A stretch of 64,000 nucleotides of DNA, taken from Pavona decussata. Lineage: Eukaryota. The notes beneath the pieces are model-generated. The model saw only the letters and a program-made list of their open reading frames with translations, was not told the origin of the DNA and did not search any database. The stretch is taken from NCBI GenBank assembly GCA_977016875.1, contig CDRNST010000382.1:868001-932000 (forward strand), read 5' to 3'. How positions within the stretch are numbered: position 1 is the stretch's first letter; the number at the start of each line of letters is the position of its first letter. Made by a program: the position numbers and the translations under genes. Shown here piece by piece: positions 47,632 through 60,885 of this stretch.

Positions 47632-47750
47632 AATTCAAGCTTGAATGGTCTTCGAACCCTCCACGATACCAGTGCAGTGTTCTACCAACTGAGCAAGCAA
47701 GCCAAAAAAAAAAAAAAGCTGCATGGTAATCTTATGTTTTCGTAATATAC
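47632..47750 (-). mobile_element. Degenerate tRNA-derived SINE-like fragment
   Basis: aattcaagcttgaatggtcttcgaaccc...ctaccaactgagc. Confidence 0.6.
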
Positions 47751-50700
47751 CAAGAGGGCATGAATAAAAGAAATTGACACTTCATATATTTACTTAAAAC
47801 ATAGATATCCCTGTAAAAGGCTCTAGGGCTTTAAGGTTGTTTTTTGCTTATGCGTTTGCTTTTAATTCGTGGTAATGATAATTTAGACAGTTTGTAATAA
47901 CGCTACCGACTAACGAAGAGCGATTTACTAAACTAACGCGTAATTTAGTCAATTGTTATCTGACTCTGAAGTGTTATCTTATAGCAGCTGTTAGTTTTAA
48001 TTTTAAATTTTCCTATGTAAGTTAGGTTGGTTCAAGAGACTAAACAATTTCTATTTAGACGATGAAATTAAAACCTCGAATTACTTCAAATGTTATCTTT
48101 TTCTTTTTTCGGACAAAAGTGACCCGAGAATAGATACAGTGAGTCTTAGCTTAAAGGCTTAACTTGCAAACATTTAAAAGTATGAAATTAAAATTTTATA
48201 CTGACCTAAGGAAAAAAATATTCGTTATGTGGTAAGGTTGTAAATAGGTACTTGATCTAGGAAATAAATTTTAATATACTTGTGGATATAATGCAATACC
48301 AAAGCTGTTTGACAATAGAGAAGTGTTCTACTTTTCGAATAAATTAGAGTGCATGCTTCGGTTATATCGAAAATTCGGATTCTATACTTCATTAATTTAT
48401 CAGCAATCATTACGCTCGATTCATCCAGCTTTCTTTTCTGTTATATAATACTAAATGAGTATTCTTGAACCTTCCAAAGTCCTAACCGTTTCTAAAACTA
48501 CTAGAACTTTGTTGGAAGATTATCCGTTTGAAAATTTTTTCCCGGAAAATTGTATGCGTCCAGAATCAGTTTGGGATTCATTTTATCTGTATGCTTTTTG
48601 CACTACCTTGTTAATAATTACAAAGCAGAAAAAAATCGAATTACGCTGTTTTTGCTTTTGTAAAAAAAAAAAAAAAAGCTATTGCATAAATGAAGTTTTG
48701 GGCCCTTAAAGGAGTTTGCGGGAAAAGCCGGGTTAATTAATACCGTATCGTTAAAGCATTGTTTAATTTTTTTTTTTTCTTTCTATTTCCAATTCCAGTA
48801 AAAACTTTTTTCATTCATCAAACTGAATGTTAATGTTCGACGCAGCCGCAAAGTAGAAAGAAGTAATTATAAGATTTGTGCAAACAATTTAACAAGCTGT
48901 ATTTCAGTAAAAATGTCTGTGACTGCGCGAAATCAGATTTGCTCTTGATCGATCTTCAGATAATTGTGTTCGACGTAAAATAATGCACTCCTAATTGCGT
49001 TTAGAGTCAAGATTGTTTGGGACAATGAATGGATCTTGGGACACGTATCTGGCATCCCCCGCATATTTTGCAGCGGCGGATGACATCTTCACCAACTTGG
49101 CAAAGGAGAGAGAGCCTAAATGTTGTCCTTTGTCCTAAATGGGGTCTTGACTTATATATCATTGAAACTTGATGAGGCTGAACGAATCCAATGTTAAACA
49201 ATGTTTTAAAACATTGTGTGGATGGAAAAGATACACGTACCTTTATCTTCCCAATATATAATAAGCGCAAAATTGTAATTTCATCTCGTTTGGGTTGCTA
49301 AGATTAATGCATTTACAAGATGGGATTCAACTCTGAAGCGATTCATTGCGTAGAAGAAATTGCAATACCAGGATTGCGTTGGAAAACTGTAAACTGTTAG
49401 ATGTTTTACCACACTTAAGTTTACTACTCAGTCCGAGATGAAAGTTCAGTTGTGTACAGAGGTATCTTCAGCCATCATTTGCTAGCTTGAAAGTTCGCGG
49501 TTGATAAAATCAGGTTTCATGTAAGTAGTGCATAGTTGCATACTCCGTAGGTTTACGTATCCAGTAATTGCAAGGATATTTTAGCAGAAATTTGTCCAGT
49601 AGTCGGGAATGACCATACTATCCGTGCTGTTTTATATTTTACTTTATTTTATTTTATTTTATGTTACCACCAACACTTGCATTATCCACAGCAACCATAC
49701 AAACAGTTATATATTATATTTTCACCTACACTCGGCTGTGGTGATGGGCTTGTCATGCCCTTTGCAGTCTTTAGGCCAGGATGCCGGTTATCCACTACTG
49801 TTAACTATGAACACATCTACAAGTTTGTTTCCAAATATTTTTGATAAACGCTATTGCAGTGAAAAACTAGATAAATCTTTCCTATGATAATTATTTCACT
49901 GACTAAAATGTGCTTCCCCATAATGGTGCTAATGTGTGACATCATCTGACACTTTCTATATCGGCCGGTCCTTTTATAAAATTTTCAGTGAGATAGGGGA
50001 TCTTTCGCGCTGTAATTTCAGTCGATCTGGAAGGTAAAGTGATAGTAATTCTCACATTCACTTTAAATTGGATTTACAGAAAAACATAAGTAACAAAATA
50101 CCACCTAGAAGCTAAGGCCCTGTTCAGACTATAGGTGCGCCGTACCAGGGCTCTGTGCCCGGTCACCAAAAAGGACGTTGTCCAAGGAGCAATAGCCTTC
50201 GCCTTCGTCAATTTAGCGTCCGCCTTTTGTTTACTGTATCGTGGGGAGGCATGAACTGGGCAAGAACGCAACGATTGAAAAACCGAAGCGAATGACGGCT
50301 CAACCGTCTTCGATTTTACTCCTGAATTCTTCAGCTTCCAAAGTTATATTCACACACTCCACATCGAACATACCAAAAATGAAAATCCCCCTTAGTTCTA
50401 TTTCCATCCGAATGAAACGATCATAACGCGCATCCTAATAATTAAACGATCGGATTTTTATTCAAACTGCATTGAATGGAAATCTAATTGATCTAAATTC
50501 AATTGATCAAGCGCTTTTGAAACAAACTTAACCAACGATGTCTGTTGTTCGTTAGCTCTTTAACGAAAAAGATTTTACATTTCATTTGCTAATTCAGAAA
50601 AAGATAAATGAATCGAATAGTGAAACGGAAACATTTTATTTTCACGTACAGTACTGTGGAGCTCGAAACATCACCTTCCGCTCATGTAGTTTTCCTTTCA

Positions 50701-51514
50701 TTTCCTACGAATCTAACAGAGTTTTATGTTAGCAGAGTAAATGCTGATTCGTTTTTATTTCGATGGGATTACACATTACTCACATTAATCATTACCTTGT
50801 ACTGAAAGTGGCCTGTTTTCTAGCTATGGATCGACATATCGCCGCTGTAATACACCGTATCAAAAAAGATGGTGGCTGGTACAAATACCCATAATTCTTA
50901 GCGAACGAAAACACTAACAACGCTCATAAAAATGCACAGAAAAGTGCTAAAAACTTCAAACCTAGCATACAAAATGTGTTTAGCCCGTACAGGGACAAAT
51001 TTTGGCAATTAAATGGTTGTATATATGCCTATTGTCTGTGTTAGGTTTCGGCAAGATATTGTGGTAAAATGTAGAGCCTTTTTGCCGTTGGTGAATTGCT
51101 CAGTTTTCCAATCATGCTTGCAGGTATAACATTATCGCGTTCAGGAACAGTTCTGTAACATACAGCAATAAGTTCCTCTATGCTGAAGATCGTACGGGGT
51201 CGTAGGAAGTATAAGACCATTTCTTGGAGTGAAGATGATTTCCGTCCAGCTCTTGTACTTCATTTCGTGAAAGTAAGTGTCCCGTTTAAAAAATGTTCAA
51301 TGTTACTAGCTTCAAATCTGCAGCAATACAAAGCGTTAAACGTGAAATGTCTTCTTATTAATTAGTAAATTATACAGTGGAAAGTGTAGTCTTGCGAACT
51401 AAAACACCGTTGTTATAAAACATGTTGTAAAAAAATATGAAAAGAATCTTCGTACCACCCACCGCCGAAAATAAGATCTTAAGATATGGTTTCTCTCATG
51501 AAACTATTTATAAA

Positions 51515-51700
51515 GTGTCCGAATTACCTTAATTTCCAAATCAAAAATGACATTGCAATAACAATGTTCCCATATAAGATTATCCACAACATTCTTGCAA
51601 CCAAAGTAAGTCTGTTTAGAGCCAAAATTTGTGACAAAAATATATGCCCTCAATGCTTAACTGGTACGTATACACTCCTTAGATCACATGTTCTCAAACT
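51515..51700 (+). mobile_element. L1/Tx1-type LINE C-terminal fragment
   Basis: TMFPYKIIHNILATKVSLFRAKICDKNICPQC resembles the zf-RVT region. Confidence 0.65.
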
Positions 51701-51704
51701 CATT

Positions 51705-51935
51705 CATAATTCATCAAGAGAAAACAAAGAAAATCACTACCGTGGCCGTGGTTTGGATATGTGATCCTAATTACCATAAAATTTTGCCAACTTTAGCCTT
51801 GAATTTCTCCAAGAATTATTGATCATTTGAGAAGCCATATCGAACACTCGAAAGTGTGTTTCATCAGACATCCAAACACCTCGAAGTCGTTTAAAAAAAA
51901 TCTCAGCTGCGCCTCGTTTTTTGAACCTACTTCTC
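51705..51935. repeat. Truncated copy of the 11535-11830 family
   Basis: Near-identical reverse complement. Confidence 0.85.
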
Positions 51936-52089
51936 ACGACGTAATGCTCTCCTTTGATAGTTTTCTTACACTTTTACGGGAAAAACTGACAATTCAAAAA
52001 CAAATAGCTATCGGAAATAAGACTTTTTCTACCTTCCAAAATACCTTTAAGCACCTCCTTTAATACGCTCTTGTCACGTTTTTTCTTTT

Positions 52090-55000
52090 TGTTTCGTTTG
52101 TCTAAGTTATTGGCGTTGTTTCTTTTTTTGTAATTGTCAAGTGCTAGTTCAATCTTTTACTGTTAAAACTAGAAAGAAAAAAAAAGCATATCTTGTAACC
52201 TAGCTAGTCACTAACTGAAGAAATTGAATAAGTATTCGTAAATCGTTTATAATAATCGGTTGACAATTATGGTGTTCTTTGTAAATGTTTGTACTTGCAT
52301 TAAAAAATTAAAAGACAAAAAATATGAAAAGAGACTGACCATTATTCACAAACACTATTCTTCAGCTGTTACCTTTAATTACGCTTGGGCCAATCACATT
52401 TCTCTACACAGATAGTTAATGAAATGTGTATCGCGCAAAATAGATTGCCATGAATTTCCGCCCGATAATTTGATTTTTAAACATGTCTGTCAATTGTTTA
52501 TTTTCGATCGACCTACACAATATCATTCATGAAGTAAAGCTACGCTGATGACCGGCAATGTAACAACCGAATGAAACGATAAGGACGCTACAATTTTAAG
52601 GTAAATTTTAATAAATGCGCGTGAAGACGGGTATGTTTTAAGTCATTTTCTCAATTTTGTCGGTTAATTCTTGATTTTTTGAGACGAAAAAGATACCGGT
52701 GTACTTGACATCAAAACGACCGCGAAAACGTTGTCACCTATACTTTAAATTACTTTTTTTGAAAGAAGGAAAAATTTTGTTTGCGCAGATTTAAATTTGG
52801 ATAAATGATTTCACTTAATGAAGACTGAAATGCGTTGGAAACAACCAGCATACGTCGTCTTCACAGCTTTCAGTTAATTCTTTTCTTTCTTCGCCGAAGG
52901 TGAGTGAATTATATTGTCCAAATTTGCAATTGAATGATCTTGAAACAGATAGGTCAATGGAAACCCTGAGCGTTTTAATATAATTTTCTTTTGATAAAAA
53001 CAAAATGAATAAAGTTCATTCCAGTTGAGTAGTATTTGTATATTCAATGAACGTTTTCATTATTTCCAAGCTATGTAAATACTCAAAGGAAATAATCATC
53101 TTTGCCTTCAAAATTTCGTCCGCCGTTTCCATCTGTTTGAGAATATACTAAATTGAAGATTTAAGGGTCGAAGGCCTTTCGATTAAGCGCTTAATTCCGT
53201 ATGTAAGCACTTAATGGATAGAAAATGTCATCAACAATCATTTTCAAAAGAATGGCATCACTGTATTGCCTAATATTGGACAATAGAAGTTTCTATGAAC
53301 GATACAACTTACCAGTGACCCATTTGAGTTTAAGGATATAGGTTCTATTCAAAGAAAAAAATCAACAATCAAGTTGCTTTCATTGTATTTTTCTCTTGAG
53401 TTTTTCTTCGTCTTTTATTCTAACCGTTTCCTCTAAAAGATTAAACTGACGAGCTCAAAATTCAAAATGGCAGATTCAGATATTTTTGTACGGAAAACAG
53501 CTTATTGGCGAAAAGGCTCTTATAGTTCACCACTAAATTTTCCCTGAGTCTGATTGGTTTAAATTGCATGGCTATCATGTGATATGATAGTGTTCATTCC
53601 CGGTGATCTAGACTATCAGTGCATATCATGAAACCCGTCTGGCGAAAATGAACGGATGGATATTACTCGTCTTCTAATTCATTGTTTTAATTATGTTTTT
53701 ATCATCTGCGTTATTCATTTGTCTTTTTCATTTAACCGTGTGCCTTTTAGTGGCTTTTGTGTGGAGGAAACATTAGTGGTGAACAATAAAAACAATAGTG
53801 TTTCTGTGTCGACAATATCGGTCTGATATTTGCCTCTTTGAAATTTGATGTTTTTAACTGAAAACTTGTAAACAAGTACTCGAGATTTCGCTTCTCAGAT
53901 CAATATTTGTTTTAAAATACTATTTTACAAAGCTAAAAAGTAAAAAAAAAAAAGCCTAACATTTCTTTTAAGCAGTAAAAGCTTCACAGCGCATGTGAAT
54001 CAATTAATTGACGCCTAGCGTTGTTAGTTTGCTCATGAATTAAACCTGTATTTTTTCTAAGTTAATTGCATGTATATAACAATCAACTGTTCTCGTTTTT
54101 TACGCTAAGAAACAGGTAAAATTGTCTGGTTTTTTTTTTATTCCTGGTGAGTGTTTTTTCTCAGGGCCGACGGCTGTTTTTCGAAGTGCCTCGATGAATT
54201 TTGGAAAATTTTGCCCTCTTTGTTTTAAACAATTAATCGCAATGAGTCCTCTTAGAATTAACTGTGACTAATTTTCACTTGAAAATACACGTGAAAATTA
54301 ATACTTAATTGTACTCGGCCTTGAGAGATTACATACACATTAGTATGCATTCAAATTTATTTGTTATTAAAACGCAAATATAATTGGTCCAATCATATCT
54401 GCAACTCACTGGAATAGCATAAATAACTTTGATGTCATTCAGTTGTCAAGTAAAACAGTTAGGTTCCTCCGGCGCCAGGATTTAAATGTCGATGGCAAAT
54501 TATGGAATAAATGTGATGGTATATTTTAAATCCTGGTAAATACTGATGAGGATGATGTTTTATTCAGTCAGCGACACAGGAGTTGAACCTGCGACCTTCT
54601 TATTACTAGTCCCGATGCTCTGCCACTGAGACTCGTGGTAGCTAGACTGTTAAACCAGGTTCATGTGACAAACATCCTGCCATGATACTGCTAGCGCTGG
54701 GATGTGATGTCGACGAGTTACACATGCGCAATGGAAGACTCCCAAGGGGTCCCTACAGCTGTTTGTACAGTTTGAATCCTGCCGGGAGAACTCGGACTTC
54801 CTTTTTCCGTGTATGAAATGAAATACCTCTATCATTTATTAACTAGAATTTTTAAAAACACATAACATGGCATTTCTTTTCAAATTTCATTATAGGACGC
54901 CTCGACTTCTTACTGTTTCTGATTCTTTAGAACATTTCAAATGTTTCTGTAACTAAATGGAAACCAAAGAAACCAAACACCTTTTCCATTTGTCAAATGT

Positions 55001-58000
55001 TGACCTTGAGATTAACATCTCCGTACCAAGGACATTCCTTTCTAACCCTGCACGTTATAAGTGGATCTCTTACCGTTTCAGCGGCTGACGTGTTTTTGTT
55101 AAACACACTGAGGAAAATTTAGCGTCTTTACGGATATTTAACTCTTTTCATACCAGGAGAACGTTCTCAACATACGGTGTATTTTAAAGTACCACCAAGT
55201 GACAGTGATCAGTCTAAGCCAGGTAATTACATAAGTAAGTATTAAAAACTAAAAGCAATTGAGATCGTCGTAAGCGACCAAACCTAAATACCAAGAAAGA
55301 TGATGTACGCTTGAGAAACATCTCACATTTGGTGATTTGATAGGCAAGAGAAGCACGCGATCATAGATGAATGTTTTAGTGATTGAGAACAAAGACCATA
55401 GCATTTGGCCGGCATGCATTTGACTAATGCTAACATGTAGTTTCATTGGTTACCTGTCTTGTTGAATGTCATGGTTTCCTCAGTTCACTCATATGCGAAG
55501 ACCGAACTCACAGCAGGAGAATTTTATAAAACTTAATTTTCATAAATTGAAAATGATAACGAACCGTACCACATAATCGAAAAGTGATGCTCAGCAACTT
55601 TTATTTAAGTGGTCAAATAAGCAATTTATATACATTCCAAAGTTACAAAAATGTCGCCGTAAACTCACTAAGATTAACTTATCTTAGAGAATGGAAGTGT
55701 AGTTACAAGAACTGATATCAGCCCAAGAGAGTAGTATATCCCCGGTACATGTCCTATTCCATGTCGTCGAATGCAATTGAGTTATTTCTGTATCATACAC
55801 AGCATGCAGTTAATACTTAAGTTCAGCCATGAATATGTGCGTTGTTTATCAAAGGTGATCGCATGCGGTTTTGGCTAACAATTCAGTTTTAGCCATTAAT
55901 AATTCCAGCCTTTTTTTAGGAAGGTCTAAAGAGTTTAAAGTGGAGCAGATTTCTGTCGTAAGAATTCAACATATTTAAAACAAATAGCAAAACCCAAACA
56001 TAACTCAAAGTGTCTACAATTGTTTTAAAACGCACTCAACTTTTACGCGGTTGGTATTGTCAATCAATACCGCCTTGTACATTCTAAAGCTAAATATCTG
56101 AAGGTATGGTTCATGCAAATGTTAACTTGAGAGGAATTACTGCGGTAGACAAATTGCAAAATAATCTTCATCTTCATCTTCATTTTGTAATGATATATAA
56201 TCTTGAATCATTTATTTGCTTTTTGTTTTGTTGTTGTTGTTGTTGTTGTTATTACAACCCCTACTGTACGTTTAAATAATTGTAAGTTTGTCAGAATAAT
56301 TAACATTGTACAAGTGAGTTTTTAATAAGTTGCATCAGTGACAACGATTATCCTGGCTTAAGCTAAACTAACCTACGAGCACGAAGCTCTGGGCTAAAGC
56401 AAAGCTTGAAAGTTAAAATATACACGCCAATTTTCAGTAATTAAGAATTAGTGCAAAATCATTTTAACTGAAGTTCGCTGCTTTAGTGTTTACGAAACCA
56501 GTCGTTGAGTGTCACACTCCTTATGCCGACTGAACAAGTCTTCATTGGCTTTCAATTAATTTCTCGTTGCTTCCTTTGCGATGTTGATGATCTCTTTTGT
56601 AGCGAAGATACAGCTATCGCAAAAAGGCCTCGGGGCATTTTAAAGACATTAAAATGGTCTCAATTCAGTGCTACTATCGTAGGCAGAATTGCATTTTTGT
56701 AGATGTTAATCGCCCTGTATTTTCTTCCTATTTGCAAAGGAATAAAATTTTGTTTATCATATGCCTACAATAAACTCTGATTGAATGGAGATCGTGACAT
56801 CACAAATCATTTCTTTCTAAACTTCAGTTTCATTTCAACAGCCCGATGTAAACGAAGAACTCGAAACTACTTAGCGCGTATAGCGCCCAGAGTAAGCGCT
56901 TTCAACTACCCCAGTTAAATGTTTATCCACATACCAGCTTAATAAACATTTTTGCCACACAGTTTCAATCTCATTTAACGGCGATTTTCACGGTTATTAT
57001 ACCAGGTCTAGAAATTATATCAGCAAATCCACTGCCAATAGAAAACGGGGCCACTGGTCGTCAATTAATTTTAGTTCAGAAATCTAGAACAAATTAGATC
57101 CCGCGATAAGGGAAGCAGAGTCACTGACTACTTTTAAACGTGGACTGTCAAAAGCCACGCATTTTATGATCCTTTTATAGTTCTACTTTTAACTCTTGTA
57201 TATATATTTTTTTAATTTCGTGTTTCTATAATCAAGTAAGTAAGTAAGTAAGTAAAACCTTTATTTTGACACGATGAGTATTTAAGCTATGCAGCTTGTG
57301 GGGTCGTGATTAAGTTTTTATTTGTTCTTGATAATTTTTTAGAGGACCCTTCTATAATCCACTTTTGTGATGTTGGCATCATTAAAGATTACCCTCATCC
57401 TCATCACCCACTTCACCGTAAAACTGAAATTAGTCCGATAGACATGGACATATGTAATTACCGAACTCATAAGATAGGTTACTTAAATTAAAGGTATTAT
57501 TGTACCAGATGCTCTAATACACACAATCCTTGATTGCCATGCAGGTTTGTCTTCTCGTTAATAAATTATAAACATTGACTTTAGGTTTCTCAAGGCTTGC
57601 ATGCTTACATGACGGCCATATAATTTGTACCTGTGTCTACATTTTTGCAAGTTGTACTTCGTAGCGGAAGGAAAAATAAGGTTAGTACCTTTTTAGCACA
57701 CGCAAGTGTTTTAGAAATATGCATTTCGAGGCGCGGTGCAAGGATGGTTTCGTCGATAAACCTATTAGGAGGGTCTTCTTATCTTCACTTGACAATCGAA
57801 CTAATGAATCAGACAGTGTTTGTTTACATAAATATTCTTTTAAAAGGCCCTGTAACGATCGAAAAAACATGAAAAACCTTTTTCTGTTTTTTGTAATTAG
57901 CTGGACTTTTCGTCCTCGTGGAATCATTCAATCTGTATTCCTTTTACAGTTACCGTGCTTAATCTTTACAAAGCAGTTCGGCAGTTTGTGAAAGCTCTAA

Positions 58001-58200
58001 ATAATACTTCACAATTTTTTGCCTTAGTAAAAGAAAACCATTGTATAAACGACTTCTTTGGATCCTATAGGTGAGTCCAAATGAAACAAAAACTGTAAGA
58101 GAAGTATTTTTCCAATTCCTGTGGAAAATTTGCCTTCAACGCGGCTTGAAAAAAGGAATGAGCACATAAAAGCATCTCTAAAATTTTATTAAAACAAAAT
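52090..58200 (+). repeat. Old non-coding duplication, copy B
   Basis: Collinear with 44500-48210 and expanded by later insertions. Confidence 0.75.
56700..57255 (+). mobile_element. LINE (L2/CR1-group) 3' end remnant
   Basis: TRSRN...I*NKLDPAIREAESLTTFKR, followed by (AAGT)n. Confidence 0.6.
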
Positions 58201-58365
58201 AAACGAAATACCAGCTTATGAAGACATGGTATCAGGTTCGATCGTCGATGTTCTAATAAATACTGAGCAGATTCAGTGTTGCAGTAAGGAAAATAGAAAA
58301 TTAAAACAGCACCGGAGGCTGACTTGATTCTGTCTCAATGTTGTAATAATAAGCATAATATTTTT

Positions 58366-58531
58366 AATAGCCCTTTTCACGGTTAACTCTGCTCATTTGA
58401 ATTACAATGAAATCTAGCATGTATGTGAGGCAATTTCGGGCTATTTTGCCGTTTTAGCCCGAAATTGCCTCGCATCCACGTTGGATAACATTGTAATGCA
58501 AATGAGAAAATTAACCGTGAAAAGGGCTATT
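58366..58531. mobile_element. Palindromic MITE with AATAG...CTATT termini
   Basis: aatagcccttttcacggttaa / ttaaccgtgaaaagggctatt. Confidence 0.85.
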
Positions 58532-58686
58532 GTGATCCTGCAAAGCGAAAGGGAATTTTTAACTTTATGGTGATATGAAACTTTCCTTTTTTGTAATACT
58601 TCTGCGAAAATAGTGGACTTTTTATTTCAATGATCACCAAATGTCTGTTCGAGATTTGGACAATTTCTTTTTTTCAAAATGAAAAC

Positions 58687-59461
58687 AAGCGATAGTAATG
58701 TTGAATGACGCCTCGATGACTCCATGTCATCATTTTCAAATTCGTGTGAGTCCAATTATGTGGGTAGTTATACAGTGAAAAACGTGCGAACGTTAAGTTG
58801 CATGTGATTAAAAACACAATGTAACATGCAGAACGCGTTAATTATGAGGTAGATAGTTTTGCTTAAATAGAGTCAGATTGAGTATTCAGTTTGGGTTTCT
58901 TGTCTTTTATCATGAGCATTTCGTAGACTAGACAATCCAGCCTTTCGCGGCATTTCTTTAGAATCCTAAATTTGTGTATGTCACGTAAGAGTTTCCAGAT
59001 AGCAGAATGCATATGTTCATCAAAGCCTGAAAAAATTTTTAGCGTGGGTACCCTACATAATCTGCATCACACAGATCACATTTAAACGCACAGAGCAACG
59101 CATTGTTGATTAATGAGAGGTGTCAGTCTTGGCTTCTGTTACCTTGATCTCATCAGAAATTTTCTCGCTTTTGAACGCTGGGCGTAGCTCACTGTTGATT
59201 TTCGTTCCAAGATAGGAGAGCTATCTTTGTCTAATCTACGAAGTGCTCTTCACCAAAGACAAGAAACCCAAACTAAATCTGACTCTATTGAAGCTAAACT
59301 ATTTACCTCACAATTAACACCCTCTGCATGACACATTGTACTTTTAATCACATACAACTCGCAAGCTTTTCCCCATATAACCAACCCGCACAATCGAACT
59401 TACACGAATTTGAAAATGATGACATGGAGTCATCGAAACGTCATTCAACATTGCTATCGCT
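58687..59461. mobile_element. Foldback element with diverged TIRs of about 210 bp
   Basis: agcgatagtaatgttgaatgacg..gggtttcttgtcttt / aaagacaagaaaccc..cgtcattcaacattgctatcgct. Confidence 0.8.
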
Positions 59462-59593
59462 TTTTTAAATTCCTTTTTAGCTGATAAAAGTACCCGGGGG
59501 CAGTAACAGACAGCTTAATTTTCTGTAGGAACTGAACTAAATTTGATTAATGACGCCAGTTGGAAAGAAATACATATTATATATTGCTGGCTA

Positions 59594-60090
59594 GTATATA
59601 CCACACAAGTGAATAGTGCTTTTCTCGCGCGCTGATTGGCTAAATCGGAGAATCGGAGATGATTAGCCAAGTACTATTCACCTCCACTGAGCAGCCTAAG
59701 TGAACTGAACAAGATGGCTTCCCGTTTCGCCACGGTCTTTCAAGAGGAAATTATTTCGATAAACGAGGCGGCTGTTACAAGAAAAGAATACAAATATTCT
59801 AAGGCGAAAAATCAAATTTACCGTAAACTGTCGAGCTCTTTAAAAGTAAAAGATGAAACATCTAATGTTTTGCAGCATTGTTTCAAGACAAGTAAAAACA
59901 CCTATTGAAGAATGACACCCGGCCAGTTAAACAAGTGCCTCCAGAAGTTCTACTTATCCGCAGGAAAGCGATACGGGAATTCACGTTTAAAACAAGAAAT
60001 CGCTTACCTCGAAATTTTGGGGAAACTCAAGAAATTATATTTCCTTTAATCTTGTATTTTTATATCTTATTAAGGTTTTTTTCATTACTA
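59594..60090 (+). mobile_element. Crypton-like (tyrosine recombinase, DUF3504-type) 5' remnant
   Basis: MASRFATVFQEEIISINEAAV (59714) and frameshifted MTPGQLNKCLQKFYLSAGKRYG (about 59912); upstream hairpin gtgaatagtgctt / aagtactattcac. Family assignment is from motif recall. Confidence 0.6.
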
Positions 60091-60533
60091 CTATTATAAT
60101 GAAGATTCTTTGTGAGTCTTTTTTTTAATTCTTTTTTATTAAACACTTTATTGACAAACACAAGAAGAATCGCAAGTACGAAAAGAAGAAACGCATTGTA
60201 CGAAAAAGAAAGATTAAACTGGAAGTATTATTAACAAAAGTACAGTTACTGGCTTAAAATACATTGAGCACTAAAGTCAAGTCAATAAGTGGTGTATACG
60301 AGAGCATAATCCTCTCGTTGTGGTATTACAAAATTATACATGATACTGCTACAATAGCTTGCCCCACACAGAAAAAATTTTAAGTAATTGATTATTTGGT
60401 AAGAAACCTTTTACAATAGAAATTAGAAAGATTCTTACTTTATCGACAACACTCTGTGCAATATGTGTCCTACTCCAAGGAGGGTGGTCATTCGTACTTC
60501 CCAAATGTTGATGTTGCATTGTATGTATTAAAA

Positions 60534-60885
60534 GTGAGAAGTGAGCATCGCAGTGAATTTTCCAATTTATGCAACTGGAAATTCGAAGCCTGAAAAAAAT
60601 TCAGGCTTCAACGGGATTTGAACTGGTGACCTCCGCGTTACCGGTGCGATGCTCTACCAACTGAGCTATGAAGCCACACATTGGGAGCATGGTCAATTGT
60701 GGAGTCCCATTTTCCCGTGAGAGGAGTGAAATGAGTTAAAGTATATGGAATGGTTCATATATGAACTGCCGATGTAGATGAAATTTCCAGTTGCATAAAT
60801 TAGAAAATTCACTGCGATGATCACTTCTCACGTTCATCTACATCCGCAGTTCATATATGAATCATTTCATATACTTTACATCATT
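60534..60885 (-). mobile_element. tRNA-derived repeat with an inverted partial copy
   Basis: Layout A(60534-60583), tRNA-like head, B(60731-60782), A'(60782-60831), B'(60833-60885). Confidence 0.8.

Larger units (their letters stand above)
44500..48210 (+). repeat. Old non-coding duplication, copy A (copy B at about 52090-58200)
   Basis: More than ten collinear similarity islands, listed in the findings. Confidence 0.75.

Noticed and set aside
49025-49138. Short ORF MNGSWDTYLASP...CCPLS
   Set aside because: Only 37 aa, with no signal peptide, recognisable motif or counterpart in duplicate copy B.
50074-50430. Higher-GC exon-like block
   Set aside because: No consistent frame or recognisable protein on either strand.
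52545-52577. CTGATGA...GAAAC hammerhead-like string
   Set aside because: Stem II does not close next to GAAA, and stems I and III are absent.
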